A DNA stretch of 64,000 nucleotides from contig OZ024742.1 in NCBI GenBank assembly GCA_964016885.1, forward strand, positions 202,678,001-202,742,000. The letters are read 5' to 3'. Below the pieces are notes generated by a model. That model was not told the DNA's origin and made no database searches. It saw nothing but the letters and a program-made list of their open reading frames with translations. The DNA is from Eledone cirrhosa (Eukaryota). Of the stretch, positions 40,440-54,988 are shown one piece after another. Every line of letters begins with the position of its first letter. Position 1 is the first letter of the stretch. The translations under genes and the position numbers were made by a program.

Positions 40440-41015
40440 AATACCCCAAGCAGGACAGAACGTCAGCCTCGCTTACATTATTCATATTCCGTCGGATATA
40501 CTGGAACGACGTGAAATGATGTATTTTGCAAAAGACCACAACGTGCTACCCGGCCCAAGAATCGAACCTACAACATTACGATCGTATGTTCATCACCCTA
40601 ACCAAAAGTTCATACGCCTTCACATATAATTGTTTCTACTTTTGGCACCAGGCCAGAAAATACCCAGGGCATTACTGGTACTTTATTTTATCGACCCCGT
40701 AAGGATGAAAGGGAAATTTAACCTCGGCGGGATTTGAACTCAGAATGGCAAGGGCCGTAACTCTATGCGTCAAAGCATGGCGTCCGACCCTCTACCGATA
40801 CTGCCAATCTACCGCACGCACCTTCACATATAATGATATCGAGACGGATTAAGCTTGGCTGTCGAGCATTCTATCCTATAATAATATTTACAGTCCACAT
40901 TATTTCAATCCCGCCGAGGTTAACTTTGCCTTTCATCCTTACGGGGTCGATAAAATAAAGTACCAGTAATGCACTGGGTAATTGATGGCCTTGTGCCTAA
41001 AGTAGAAACAATTAT
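40440..41015. mobile_element. SINE cluster (decayed SINE 40440-40620; Meta-like SINE 40628-40815 minus; partial 40905-41015 plus)
   Basis: Family consensus matches. Confidence 0.75.
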
Positions 41016-41082
41016 TTCAATATGTTGTACAGAGTTGAATAATGGTTAAACGAATCTTAATTAGTAACATCTCATCCAACTA

Positions 41083-41143
<61 letters not shown>

Positions 41144-41145
<2 letters not shown>

Positions 41146-41272
41146 CGAAGGAAATGTGGTAAGGAACCAGGTGGACCATAACGCACAAAAGTACTCAATA
41201 CTTAGGGTAGTAGAGTCGTCCAGAATTAGCCGTCTATACGGCTTGGGCTCAGCCGTCGGGGTCCTACTCGTT

Positions 41273-41336
<64 letters not shown>

Positions 41337-41410
41337 AACGAGTAGGACCCCGACGACTGAGCTCAAGCCGTTTCGACGGCTAATTCAGGACGGCTCTACT
41401 ATGCTCTATG
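41144..41410. mobile_element. Family A mini elements in inverted orientation across a (TA)n tract
   Basis: 41208-41275 is mirrored by 41335-41402. Confidence 0.7.
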
Positions 41411-41780
41411 GTGCAACACAAAAAAATATATGTGCATATATATGTGTATATATGTGTATATATGTATATATATATATATATGTATATAGTGAATATATGT
41501 ATGTGTGTGTATATATATAGTGAATATCATTTCACACCTTTTATTGTTAAGATTTTTGATGTTCTATTAAGAGAACCGATTTTACTGAAAAAATCGAATA
41601 ATGTACACCATTTTACCAGGGGAAAAAAATACTGGTCCACCCACACACACACACACACACACACACGCACTTCTCCGTATAAGACAAAAGCTGAAAAATA
41701 TCTTTTGACATGCTAAAATACCCCCCATTGCTTTCAGACACATTCTTACTGACCATCCCTGCCACCACGAATTACTCTGC

Positions 41781-41827
<47 letters not shown>

Positions 41828-41919
41828 ACACACACACACACACACTTATCTCAATAGCCATTTGACACACATCGCTGCTAACCATTATCACAACATCGAA
41901 CACCTTACTACTACTACTA

Positions 41920-41952
<33 letters not shown>

Positions 41953-42338
41953 ACACACACACACACACACACATATTTGTTGTGAAAGAGTCATTTCTCA
42001 ATCTTGGCGCAAAACCAATTTTCTATTCACATGACCTCTACCGACCAATCAAAATTGTCTTGACCACAAGAAATTTTGCAACACCAAAGTAACGCTGGAG
42101 CCACTTTTTTAACATAAAAACAGGTAGAATTCCCAAAACAATCAGATCAGAGCAAACAGCACGGACACTCTATCTCAAAATTATTTTTGAAAAGCATTTA
42201 GAAATGCGCAACCGGTAAAAACTTAAAAACTTAAAACCACAACTGAATACTAACCCATACAATCACTAATACTCTTTTATTCCTAATTACACCATTTTTC
42301 AACTGTGAACAATTTGTCAGCATTTTCTATTCCGTTTA

Positions 42339-42430
<92 letters not shown>

Positions 42431-43526
42431 CATACATATATATGCATATATATGCATATATATGCATATATAAGCAATTATTTATATAACCTCCGGTCGA
42501 CGTGTGACTTGTGAGTGAAATTGGGTAGACGGAATCAGTTTCAATGCCCGGAGGATGGGCTGTTCCTATAATTTAAAGAACCCAACCTTGTCACTGACTG
42601 TGTCCGACTTAATTTCCTTGAGAACTCTGATAAGTGAACACGTGTGTGTGAAATGCTCAGCCATATAGACGTTAATTTCAAATACAATCTGTTACGTTGA
42701 TCGTATAACTGCAAAAGTATCGTCGAAACCGACGAAACTCCATTCTGCGGCCGGCTTTATTTCTCTTTCTTTCATTAATTCATTAATTCGTTTGGTGGAG
42801 TGGGGTTGGCTTGCTTGTATTTTTTTTTCTTCATCTGGCAGTATCGAAACCACGAGCATTTGATCGAGAGACCAAACCTATAACCAAAAATTTAGTCCAG
42901 ATTACTTCTTTACAATAACAAAACAAAAGCAAAACCAATATTTCTATTTCTTTATGAATGCAGTAGAGAAATAGATGATCCGCAGTGAATAGTTGCTTTT
43001 TTTTTTTGCTCTTTTATATTTATTTATGTATTTTTTATATTATTTATTTATCTACTTATTTATTTATATATTTTGTCGCCTGAACATGATTAACTGGGAT
43101 GATTAAAGAAAGATATGATTGATGATGAGGTCAATAATGAGAAGATAATACAAACCACGTCAGGTGAGTGGGCGAAAGACGTAATGGTGAAAATAAGAAG
43201 GAGTGGGAGAGAAGTTAAACACACATCTTTGTTTTGTTAGATTTTATTATTATTGTTGTTGTTGTTTTATTGGTGTTATTGTTTTCAATGGATCTTTGCT
43301 GTCTGAATCAACAAATGGATGCAGAGTCAGTGTTATTGGTGAGCGAGGGGAGGAGGAAAGGTTTAAGAATTCTAAACAAAATTCAACAAAAATTAGAATA
43401 GTTTATGCAGAGAAAACTAAAAGAAAAGAAGAATTAGAGAAATAATATAAACGTAAAAGCAGGCATGGCTGTATGGTAAAGATGTTGACTTTGTAACTAC
43501 GGAGTTCTGAGTTCAGTCCTGAGCGT

Positions 43527-43560
<34 letters not shown>

Positions 43561-43617
43561 ACATATATATATATATGTATATATAACACACACACACATA
43601 TATATATACACACCCAC

Positions 43618-43648
<31 letters not shown>

Positions 43649-43697
43649 TATGTGTGTGTGTGTATGTATATATATATATATATATTTTATAATATAA

Positions 43698-43882
43698 TAA
43701 TTGTTTCTACTTTAGGCACAAGGCCAGCAATTACCAAGTGCATTACTGGTACTTTATTTTATCGACCCCGTAAGGATGAAAGGCAAAGTCAACCTCGGCG
43801 GGATTTGAACTCAGATAGTAAAGGGACTTAACTATGCTGTAAAGCATGGCGTCCGACCCTCTACCGATACTGCCAATCCACC
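43698..43882 (-). mobile_element. tRNA-derived SINE, full length
   Basis: A box tggcagtatcggtag, B box gttcaaatccc, central domain and tail. Confidence 0.88.
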
Positions 43883-43985
43883 ATAATAATATTATGAGTT
43901 GGTAGATCTACCAACTCATAATATTATAAAATTAAATCAAATTCTTTAGAAAATCAAATATTCAAATCAAATTCTTTAAAACTTT

Positions 43986-44065
<80 letters not shown>

Positions 44066-44194
44066 GAGTGTGTGTGTGTGTAAAGCTAATATTTGTCATA
44101 TATATAACCTAGACGGGAAAAAATAAAATCGGAAGAATTTCGAACAGACAGTAGACAGCTTTCATGTCACACACGAAATTATTTCACTCTAAAA

Positions 44195-47100
44195 CAAAGG
44201 TTCTGAACGGGGGGATTATTGCACCCCCTGGAGGGGGGGGGGGCATATCGTAAATCCATGGGGGGCGGGGGGTAGCTAGGGGCGTTTGGAGCTTGGGGGG
44301 GGGGGCTAGGTGGGCGCTCGAAGGCTCTTTACTTTGGTAAGTTTTATAAGCCATATTTGTATGTCTTTGAGACAGCCAGTGTGAATGCATTTGAATGAGC
44401 ATGCAGACAGCATAACTATGGTCTGACCGCAGGTGTGCAGGTGTGTCTAGACATTAACGGGCAATTGAGATCCTAAAAACGGAAAAACCCACAGTCAAGG
44501 ACACTTTGGGCGCAGCCAGTTATCTTATCTTTCCTTCCTATCAGAATCTTATCTTTCCTTCATCGATAACAATGTATTTCATGTCTGAAATTATTAACTG
44601 AACCGTAACGAGTTAACACTATGTAGATCTATTTTATTCCCTATTGTATAAATAATATGACAAATAAAAAAAGAAAAGAAAAAACACAGAAGCGGGTAGC
44701 ACACACATCTAGGACCACATACAACACATAAGCAGGTAATACACACATCTAGGACCACATACAGCACATAAGAAGGAAATACACACATTTAGGACCACAT
44801 AGAACACACAGGCATGTAATGCATACATCTAGGACCACATACAACATAAAAACAGGTAATACATACATCTAAGACCACATACAACACACAAGCAGATAAT
44901 ACACACATCTAGGACCACATATAACACACAAGCAGGTAATATATACAGCTGGGACTACATGAAACATACAAGCAGGTAATACATACATCTAGGACCACAT
45001 ACAACACACAAGCAGGTAATAACATACATCTAGGACCACATACAACACATAATCAGGTAATACATACATCTAGGACCACATACAACACATAATCAGGTAA
45101 TACATACATCTAGGACCACATACAACACATAATCAGGTAATACAAACATCTAGGACCAAATACAACATATAATCAGGTAATACAAACATCTAGGACCACA
45201 TACAACACATAATCAGGTAATACAAACATCTAGGACCACATACAACACATAATCAGGTAATACAAACATTTAGGACCAAATACAACACATAATCAGGTAA
45301 TACAAACATCTAGGACCACATACAACACATAATCAGGTAATACAAACATCTAGGACCACATACAACACATAATCAGGTAATACAAACATCTAGGACCAAA
45401 TACAACACATAATCAGGTAATACAAACATCTAGGACCACATACAACACACAAGCAGGTAATACAAACATCTAGGTCCACATACAACACAGGAGCTAATAC
45501 ACACATCTAGGACCACATACAACACACAAGCAAGTCATACATACAGCTGGGATCACATGCAATACATTGGCAGGTAATACACACATCTAGGACCGCATAC
45601 AACACACATTGTATCGTGCTACGGACGAGGCAAGAGCAATGGTTGGCCAACATAAGGGTTCGTCACTCTTCTGAAGAGAGAAAATCTATCTGTATTTGCT
45701 GTTCATTGTGTCATTCATTGACAACACTTGGTTTCGAAGAAACTCAGTGAGCCGCTGAGCAAGTCCTTAAAACAGGTGGCCATTGATGTCATTAATTTTA
45801 TCAAACGGCATTCCCTCAATGAACGAATTTTCCGGAAACCGTGCCAAGATAATGACGAATAATTTGTCAAGTTGCTCCGTCATACTGAAGGGAGGTGGCT
45901 TTCAAAGGGCAAGTGCTTTACTCACTTCTTTGAACTCTTCGACTCTATCATTGAGTTTCTTCGGGGATGCAACACAGAACTGTACAAGAAAACCCTCGAT
46001 GTGAGGCAAGACTGCGCCTACCTCACTGACATCTTCGACAAATGCAATAGTGTCATTTTGGCTTTGCAGGGGAAGAAGATCGCTTTGCTTAAAGCAAGGA
46101 ATGCTGTGAAAACATTCCTGGCCAAATTGAATGTCATCGAAAGGAATCTTTGTTGACGGGAATTCTATAATTTTCCTAGTGTTGCCAATGTTAAAAACAT
46201 TGTAAGCGATGACCAACTCCAAATGTATACCGCTCACCTCCGTGCGCTACAAGACAACATGAGAGAACTGTTTGTCGACCTTTTGCAGATGGACATCCCA
46301 ATGTGGATAGCAGATCCCTTCATAGCTACCGTCGATGATTTGGACGTTAAATTTCAGGAAGAATTCATTAAACTTCAAGCAGATGACATGATCAAAATTA
46401 GATTTCCCAAAATAGGTGAACCCCTTTTGGGGATGCAAGAGGAAATTGAGCGTCGATTTCCACACCTACATGCAGAGGCTAAGAGATTTACTCTGCCTTT
46501 TCCAAGCTCATACTTAGTCGAGAGGAGGTTTGGTGTTGTTTCCAGACTGCACAGTAAGGCTCTCAACCGCTAAAATGTAATTACACATGGAGATCTCCAG
46601 CTATGTTTAACGAAAATCCAGCCTGGCGTCAAACATTTAGCTAGACTCCATGAAGCTCAAGGGTCCCATTGAAATAAGGTCAAAGTTAAAGTAGGTTGAT
46701 TTATCCGAAAACTATTGTTACAAAGCAAACTAGCATTTTTTTTATTTGTACTTGCAGTCTGACTGGAGTGGAAACCATCCACTTCAATTCACTTACTCAT
46801 TTGTTGTATATATTTTACCATTTACTAATAAATATACCCTCTTACGTGGTCATGAAAACCCTCTTCCGGAGGGGACATCAGGTTAGATATCAAAATTTAT
46901 TCTGTCCGTTTCATTAAAGGGAACATTGGAAAGCTTTAAAATGCTATAATTGCCACTTTCTTCCAGATAAGAGCACACTTGGGATAGACAGAGTTGCTCT
47001 TGTATAAATGTTCAAAATAGCTGGTAACGCCTGGTGGGAATATAACACATTCAACTGGTTCTTATTCATAAAAAAGAACATTTATGTTCCTTTTTTTTTT

Positions 47101-47321
47101 AATTTATATATTTCTTTTCAAGGAATGTATTTATACTCTCAGCTGCCTGCAATGGTATCTTTGGAATATTGTTAATCAATTTTTTAGTAATCTACTGATA
47201 TCAAAATCAGTAGTATATTGAAAAATGAAAATATAGGGTGGATGCGGGGGGGGGGGGGGGGCGTTTCGTGATTTCGAGGGACAAAAAGAGGCGTTTGGCC
47301 TAAATGGATTGAGAACCTGTG
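44195..47321 (+). mobile_element. hAT (Charlie/Buster-type) transposon, internally deleted
   Basis: TIRs caaaggttctgaa / ttgagaacctgtg; exact 8-bp TSD CTCTAAAA (44187-44194, 47322-47329); transposase remnant ~45610-46670 (AMVG, HCVIH, HTEGRWLSKG, FPSSYLVERRF). Confidence 0.92.
44700..45610. repeat. 40-bp minisatellite (~23 copies) inside the hAT element
   Basis: Unit taggaccacatacaacacataatcaggtaatacaaacatc. Confidence 0.95.
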
Positions 47322-47662
47322 CTCTAAAAGATGGTATAAAGGATTCTAGTGAAACTGGGAATGAAAATGCACACCTTTGCTTATAAACACACACGCATAC
47401 ACTCACACAAATACACATACATACTTATATCCATCTGTCAATGGCCGTATTTAGTTACGACTTTCTACGTTCTCAGGTCAAAACCAGTCGAGCTCAACTT
47501 TGCCTCTCATCCTTCCGGGCTCAATAAAATAAAGTAGCAATTAAGTACTTGGGTCGATATAATCGACTTACCCCTTACTCCAAATTTCTGATCTTCTGGC
47601 AATATCATAATGAATTATATGTGTGTGTGTGTGTTTGTGTAGACACGCATACTTCTCTCACT

Positions 47663-47780
<118 letters not shown>

Positions 47781-48635
47781 TCCAACATGACCTGCAACAC
47801 CAATATCAGCCAAAACAACAGGAAACGTTTTCAAAATGGCGACGACATAGTACATCTGCACGCCGTGTCATTTCTGTTCATTTTTTTCTTTTTTTTTCTT
47901 TCTTTTTGTTGGAGAGAAGACATGATCTGCAAACTGTCCATTAAATCCTTCTGTAATCCTACTTAGATAAGAACTGCAAATGGTGGAGAACTAAGATGTA
48001 GAATCTTTGAGATAATCTCTGTTATCACTATCATTGCTATCACTGTTGTAGAGGACAAACAAATTGGATTGCGGTGATGGGCAGCAGATGATAAGTTCTC
48101 TCTGAGAAGCAATTGCCCTATGTAAGGGTATCAGACACTTGGCGCCATCTTCTTCTTCTTCTTCTTCTTCTTCTTCTTCTTCTTCTTCTTCTTCTTCTTC
48201 TTCTTCTTCTTCTTCTTCTTCTTCTACATTCACAAACTCTAAGACTACTCTGTGAAGTAATATACTTATGTAAGGTCATCAAACATTTTACGCCTTTTTT
48301 TTTACATTCTTCGTCTTAAACCACATACAGACACAAACACAAACACAGACACAGACACAAACACAAACACAGACACAGTCACACAATCAAATACACGTAC
48401 ACTAAGCTTACTTCCGTCCGATGAATTTCGGTTTGTGTGTCTTCCATTGTTTTTATCTCTGTCGATAGTTACGTGGAAAAATTAACAGAACATGGACAAC
48501 GTCTCCTCATGTTTCTTTACATAACATATTTGTTTGTGTTATCGCTGCCATTATCATCGCCATAATCATCATCATTATCATCATCATCATCATGATAATA
48601 GTAATAATAATGCTTTCTTTATAAAATAATGAGTT

Positions 48636-48843
48636 CTAGTATAGGCACAAGGCCTGCAATTTTGGGGGAGGAGAAAGTCGATCAAATCGACCCCAGTGCG
48701 TGACTGGTACTTTATTTTATCGACCCCGTAAGGATGAAAGGCAAAGTTAACGTCGGCGGGATGTGAATTCAGAATGTAAAGGGTCGTAACTTTATGCCGC
48801 AAAGCAGATTATCCAACGCTCTATCGACTCTTCCAATCCACCA
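48636..48843 (-). mobile_element. tRNA-derived SINE (longer subfamily); related decayed copy at 47430-47600
   Basis: Same head and central domain, with an extra ggggtcgatttgatcgact segment. Confidence 0.8.
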
Positions 48844-48899
48844 CTATATAATCATAATAATAATGATGATGATGATGATGATAGAAAATAAAAAGATAT

Positions 48900-51130
48900 G
48901 AGAACAGAGTTAGCCAGTATTGACAAAAACTCATGTTCGACGACAACGAGAAGATGTTATTTGAACAGTTAGAAGGGAAAAAGAGGCATAGATGCTATCC
49001 TTGAGACGGAACAGACCAATACAATTTGCTGAGGGATTTGCGAGCAAGATGTTGAGCATAATATTTAAGCATTGTGGACTGAGACTATAAAAAGGGAACT
49101 TAACGAACAAATACACCAACAACCTGACTTGGGCATCTCGATTGAAAGCCTTAAAAAGCAGGCCAATAAATTAACTAACTGGAAATCATCAGGCCCGGAT
49201 GGTGTGCAAGGATATTGGACTAAAAACATAACCGCTCTCCACGCGATATTGATAGCCATGTTCAATGGGGGAAGTACCGCAGTGGTAATGAAAGATCAAA
49301 TCAAGGGAAATGTTTGTTGTACTAACTATAAGCCTATCATATGTCTGCCCTTGATGTGGAAATTTCTAACATGCATTATGTCTCACGAAATATACCACCA
49401 ACTTATTACCGGAGGAACAAAGAACAGAGAGGATGCCGAAAGAAGTCCCATGGTAAAAAAGATCAGTTGCTTATTGACAAGATGATAAGGGACTGTTAGA
49501 GGAGGCATACTGGTCTTGCCATGGGATGGATAGATTACAAGGCATTTGACATGGTTCCACATTCTTGGATAACTAAGTGCCTAGAAATCTTCAAGGTGGC
49601 GGTCAACATCAAACTGTTATTAAGTAATAGCATGATGGCCAGAGTTAACATCAGAGGGATAATCCTTGGGAGGAGTGAAAATCAAGAAATGTATCTTCCA
49701 AGGAGATAGAAGGTTTCCTTTATTGTTTGTCCCCCATACCCTTGTCCCTCGTATTGTATATAGTGATGATAAGAAACGACCTGGGAAGAAGAGAGCTTAC
49801 CATCAACCACCTTCTCATCATGGACGACCTAAAATTCTCCGGAAAGAGCGAGAAGATGGGTCTGCTTGTTAACACCGTTCGTATTCTCAGCAATGATATA
49901 TGTATGGTATTTGGTGTTAATAAGTATGGAGTCCTAGTGACGAAGAGAGGTAAATTGAAGCAAAGGAATCGAGGGTGAAGTGATAAAAGAGAGCGACACC
50001 GAAGAAGGTTATAAGTATTTTGGTGTTCTGAAGGCAGTTAAAATCAAGGACAATAACATGAAGGAGATGATAAGATCAAAATACATAGGGAGAGTAAGGA
50101 ACATACTAAAATCACATCTGAATAGTAGAATGCCATAAGTACATTAAATTCCCGAACTGTGTCTATCATTATATACAGTGAGGAAATTCTTAATTGGGCA
50201 AAAAGAAAACTGGATAGAAAGACAAGGAAATTCATACGAAGGGTGGTTTTGTTGAACTGTAAAGAGATCTGAAGATGGAGGAGGTCTTATCGACGGGCAG
50301 GACTATTCAGATGGAGAAAAGATGTTTACACAAATATGTGTCTGAGTGTAACGAACCAATGCTTAAGTCTGTATAGAAGGACGAGACAATAGACCAGGGG
50401 ATGTCCAAAAAAAAAAAGTAACAACAAAGAGGAAGAACGACCTCGTAGCATCTTTTTTAAGAAAACAGAATTCAGAAATCCGAAGACATGGGACTGATTA
50501 AAGAAAGGGGACCTTAAGAAAGCTACAGAGGGAATGTTACTGGCTACACCGGAGCAAGCGTTTAGAACGAAGTGGATGAAATATCATATTGACTAGGATG
50601 AGGCTAGCCCACTCTGTAGGCTCTGTGGAGAGACAGAGAGTGAGAGAGGAGACTGGCTCACGTCGTATCCGAGTGTAAACACCTAGCCCAGTCTCATTAT
50701 AAAAGATGCGGGCATGATATCATAGGAAAAGTGATTCACTGGCATTTATGCAAACTGAACAAATTGCCTCATTCTGAGAAATGGTATGAGAATAAGCCAG
50801 TGTGGCTGATAGAAAACGATCGGCTGAAGGTGTTGTAGGATTTCAGGATACAAACGGATGAAGAATAGAACACAATAGGCCTCTTGGTGGTTTTAGGCAG
50901 ATTAAAAAAGATCTTGCTTGACTATAGATGAAATTTGCCACTTTGACACAAGAGTGCAAGAAAAGGAGAAGGGGAAAATTAACAACTACCAGGATTTAAA
51001 GTGGGAACTGGAGGATTGGAAGTGGGAACAGCAAGGATTCTCCGATACGCCCTGAATATTTCAGGCTACAGGTAGCGGTTTGATGTTCATTTGGGTAATT
51101 TTTTCTGTTAAATAACACCAATGACTGAGG
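48900..51130 (+). mobile_element. Decayed R4/Dong-like non-LTR retrotransposon (RT, CCHC finger, restriction-like endonuclease)
   Basis: NWKSSGPDGVQGYW, NYKPIICLPLMWK, WIDYKAFDMVPHSWI, IFQGD, INHLLIMDDLK, CRLCG...HVVSEC, RCGHD, DFRIQTD; follows an (AAT)/(GAT) tract. Confidence 0.85.
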
Positions 51131-51299
51131 TATCAAATTCATAAGGAGCACAGAATACAAAAAAAAAATGGTTAAGTCAAGAAACTGGTTAAGAAAAGGT
51201 AACTTGAAAAGCTTACTATGAGCAGCTCAAGAGTAGGCTCTAAATACCAATGCCGTAAAGAGGAGGATTTAGAAAATGGATATCTCAAACAAGTGTAGA

Positions 51300-52630
51300 G
51301 TGTGTGCCTAAAGTAGAAACAATTATTATTGTTATTATTGAGAAAGGCGGTGGATTGGCAGTATCGGTAGAGGGTCGGACGCCATGCTTTGACGCATAGA
51401 GTTACGGTCCTTGCCATTCTGAGTTCAAATCCCGCCGAGGTTTACTTTGCCTTTCATCCTTACGGCGTCGATAAAATAAAGTATCAGTAATGAACTGGGT
51501 AATTGCTGGCCTTGTGCCAAATGTAGAAACAGTTATTATTGAGAATGGTGGATTGGCAGTATCGGTAGGGCGTCGGACAACATGCTTTGCAGGATAGAGT
51601 TACGTCCCTTTATGGTCTGAGTTCAAATCCCGCCGAGGTTAACTTTGCCTTTCATCCTTACGGGGTCGAAAAAAATGAAGCCCCAGTAATGCACTGGGGT
51701 AATTGCTGGCCTTGTGCGAAAAGGGGAAACCTTTATTAATATTAGGGTGGTGGTTTAGCGATATCGGTAGAGCATTGGACCACATGTTTTGTGGTATATA
51801 TATAGAAGTCACTTTACGTTCTGAGTTCAAATTTGGCCTTTCATGCTTACGAGGTAGATAAATAAAGTACGATTATATCCCACTATGGAGAGTAGTTAAT
51901 TATGACCCCTTTTAAATTCCTCCTCGGTTATCAAACTCACACTCTTGGGTTGCGGATGAGAGCTATGTCTAGCAACATTCATCAAGCCGAATACCAAGGT
52001 GTACTGAAATTCTTTGTTCTTAATAACTAACATTCATTATCTACTGGCAGTATCGGTAGAGGGTCAGACGCCATGCTTTGCGGCCCTTTATGTTCAGAGT
52101 TCAAATCCCGCCAAGGTTAACTTTGCCTTTCATCTTTACGGGGTCGATAAAATAAAGTACCAGTAATACACTGGAATAATTGCTGGCCTTGTGCGAAAAG
52201 TAGAAACAATTATCTACATTAACACATGAAATCCCTTTCTCTTCGCTACCTTTTATATTCCTTTAATATCTCTATACGATCATCAAATTACTGGTATAAA
52301 TGTGGCGTTGGAATAATCGTATCTTGGTATTTTTTAATCCTTGTTTATTTGGGTTCTTGCATCTCATTTTTTTCTCTTCTTCCAATTTATTATTTTTTAT
52401 ATATTAATATTTCTTCTTTTTGTATGTATTTCTTTTTTAAAGTATTTTTTATGCATAATTTCAGTAGAGGGTTCGACGCCAAGCCTTGCCACGTCGAGTT
52501 ACGGCCCTTTACAGTCTTATTTCAAATGCCGCCGAGGTTAGCTTTGCCGTTTACGGGCTCGATAAAATAAAGTACCAGTAATGCACTGAGATAATTGCTG
52601 GCCTTGTGCCAAAAGTAGAAACAATTATTT
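51300..52630 (+). mobile_element. Head-to-tail cluster of at least five SINE copies
   Basis: Copies at ~51346-51535, 51545-51730, 51750-51870, 52044-52212 and 52464-52627, plus a tail stub at 51302-51325. Confidence 0.85.
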
Positions 52631-53560
52631 CTTTAGTGTTTTTATTTATTTGATTCTTATTATTTTCCATATTTTTAATTTCAATCATAAATCTCGTTTA
52701 TGCATATGCCCCTATAATATTATATATTAGCTATGCTGGTGCTACTACTACTAATATTTGTATTATCACTACTACTACTGCTACAGTCATTGATACCAAT
52801 AACTACTCCCTCCTGTGTAACTGTTGTTAGTGATGTTGCTACTTTGACTGTTGTTTTTAGGTGATAGCTAATAATATGTTCCCCAACCACCACCTGGCCT
52901 TTAATCTCGCTTGTTTTTGAGCTACCAAAGGCCAGTCGTTATGTAAGCCTCTACTGTTAAAGAACTTACAACTGATTTAATACAACAGTGACTAGAAAAT
53001 ACCATTGTATCATGCACGGAGGTACGGAATGTAAAAGGCTAGAACTATCTTCAAACAATGACCAGGGGTTGATCAAGCCATTTCTGATGCTGTTGTGTGG
53101 GTGTTTGAACTAAACTATATCTGAAGAAGGATTTGAGGAAACACAATTTATAACCCGCCCTGGTCATATAACAGAAGGAAAACTGCAAGAGTAATTTTTA
53201 TCCATATAACGCTTGTTTATGTAATTTTTATTCGTATAATTTTTGGTCATATAATACCTACCTGATAAGATCGTAACACTTACATAACAGTTGCCATCTG
53301 AATACGTAAAACAGCGACGATGTAATCAATAGATTGATGTAAATTCGAACATACTAGTTTCTACTTCATTGTTATACCAATACTCTGTAGTACAAAGATC
53401 TTCATCTAAACTGCGTCGAGTGCTTAATTTGCAGTGACCATTAAGTAATAACGGAATAACTAACACAAAATATAATATATATATACATGTGTGTATATAT
53501 ACATAATGGTCTAACTGGTTTTTATCGCCTTCATTCTGCTATATATATATATATATATAT

Positions 53561-54720
53561 ACTCACGGTAAATATTGATGCAATTCAATTCAAGCACTCA
53601 TCTTATTTCTTCCACATAGGAAAAACGGAGTATATTTAGAATAAGAAAATGCGAAGTAGTTTCAGATGTTAAAGTCCCTATTGATAATGCTGTGATACAC
53701 ATTGCAATGACGACAGTGGCCACACGATGCCGTGTACCCAGTGCCATGACATCATCAGACAGCTTCTTACATAATAAGGTTACGTTCCCGAGGCAATCCA
53801 AAGTGAAACGACAAGGGGACGGACAAGGCATGTGTTCTTGTATCCCTCGTCCGTTCCCCTGTGAGCTCCAATTCACCTCAACAGGTTTTCGCAGGCGCAA
53901 AAAAGGGAAGTAACCATCCACTACCCCAAACTCAACGAAACTAGCCTAGGCAGGTTCCACCTCCAACCAAAACAATCACCCCCATCCAGGCCGGTAACAT
54001 GACACGGTTAAATTATACTGCTATTCGCCCTGCCAGTGGCCGTTGACCGAAACCTAGTGGTGGTGACAGAGTATGAGTTTCAATAGGCCTCAATACTACC
54101 CCTAATTTATGCTAGGATAATAGGGTTGACCATCCCCGCTAATAGAATATATAAACTTAATTCTGGATATTATGGTTTCACAGTGGAAATTAAGATGGAA
54201 AATTAGAAATTAAAAGTTAAAGTCTTGTTTGAAGTGAATAAAAAAAAATAAATATATATATAAAGTAAATAGGGAGATGTTTAAATTATAGTAAGGTGTT
54301 TTGAAAACGGGGTTAATATTGGATACTACAGATATATTATACATATAACTAACGATAGTACCGTACAGTAGAACAGAAAATTAGAGTAAGACATTTAGAA
54401 AAGGGTGAATTGGAGCTAACAGGGGAACGGACGAGGGATACAAGAACACACGCCTTGTCCGTCCCCTTGTCGTTTCACTTTGGATTGCCTCGGGAACGTA
54501 ACATTATTATGTAAGAAGCTGTCTGATGATGTCATGGCACTGGGTATACGGCATCGTGTGGCCACTGTCGTCATTGAAATGTGTATCACAGCACTATCAA
54601 TAGGGACTTTAACATCTGAAACTACTTCGCATTATTTTATTCTAAATATACTCCGTTTTTCCAATGTGGAAGAAATTCGTTGAGTGCTTGAAATGAATTG
54701 CATCAATATTTACCGTAAGT
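53561..54720. mobile_element. Family B fold-back element with a ~520-bp spacer; HHR on plus 54518-54592 with a mirror copy on minus
   Basis: Arms 53561-53878 / 54403-54720; GCTGT-CTGATGA-...-GAAA-TGTGTA-TC-ACAGC. Confidence 0.85.
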
Positions 54721-54765
54721 ATATATATATATGTATATATATATAGTAATAATAATATATGTATA

Positions 54766-54943
54766 TCAGAATGGAGGCGGTAAAAACCAATTAGACCACT
54801 ATTCATCAGAGCACTCAATTCTTGGGGCAGTAGAGTTGGTAATATGAAAACTTCGGGACTCCGACGGCTGAGCTCCAACCGTTTCAACAGCTGGATCCGA
54901 ACTGAATCGCCGGTATTCAGGCGGTGGCAACATCAGGGTCACG

Positions 54944-54945
<2 letters not shown>
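54766..54945 (-). mobile_element. Diverged family A-like HHR terminus
   Basis: ccgacggctgagctccaaccgtttcaacagc plus tail; the tail end is mirrored at 53506-53540. Confidence 0.6.

Positions 54946-54986
<41 letters not shown>

Positions 54987-54988
<2 letters not shown>

Noticed and set aside
44700-45610. CRISPR-like array
   Set aside because: Units are contiguous with no unique spacers, there are no cas genes, and the context is eukaryotic
51346-51440. tRNA genes
   Set aside because: The A/B boxes belong to SINE heads, continue into the SINE body and do not form a cloverleaf
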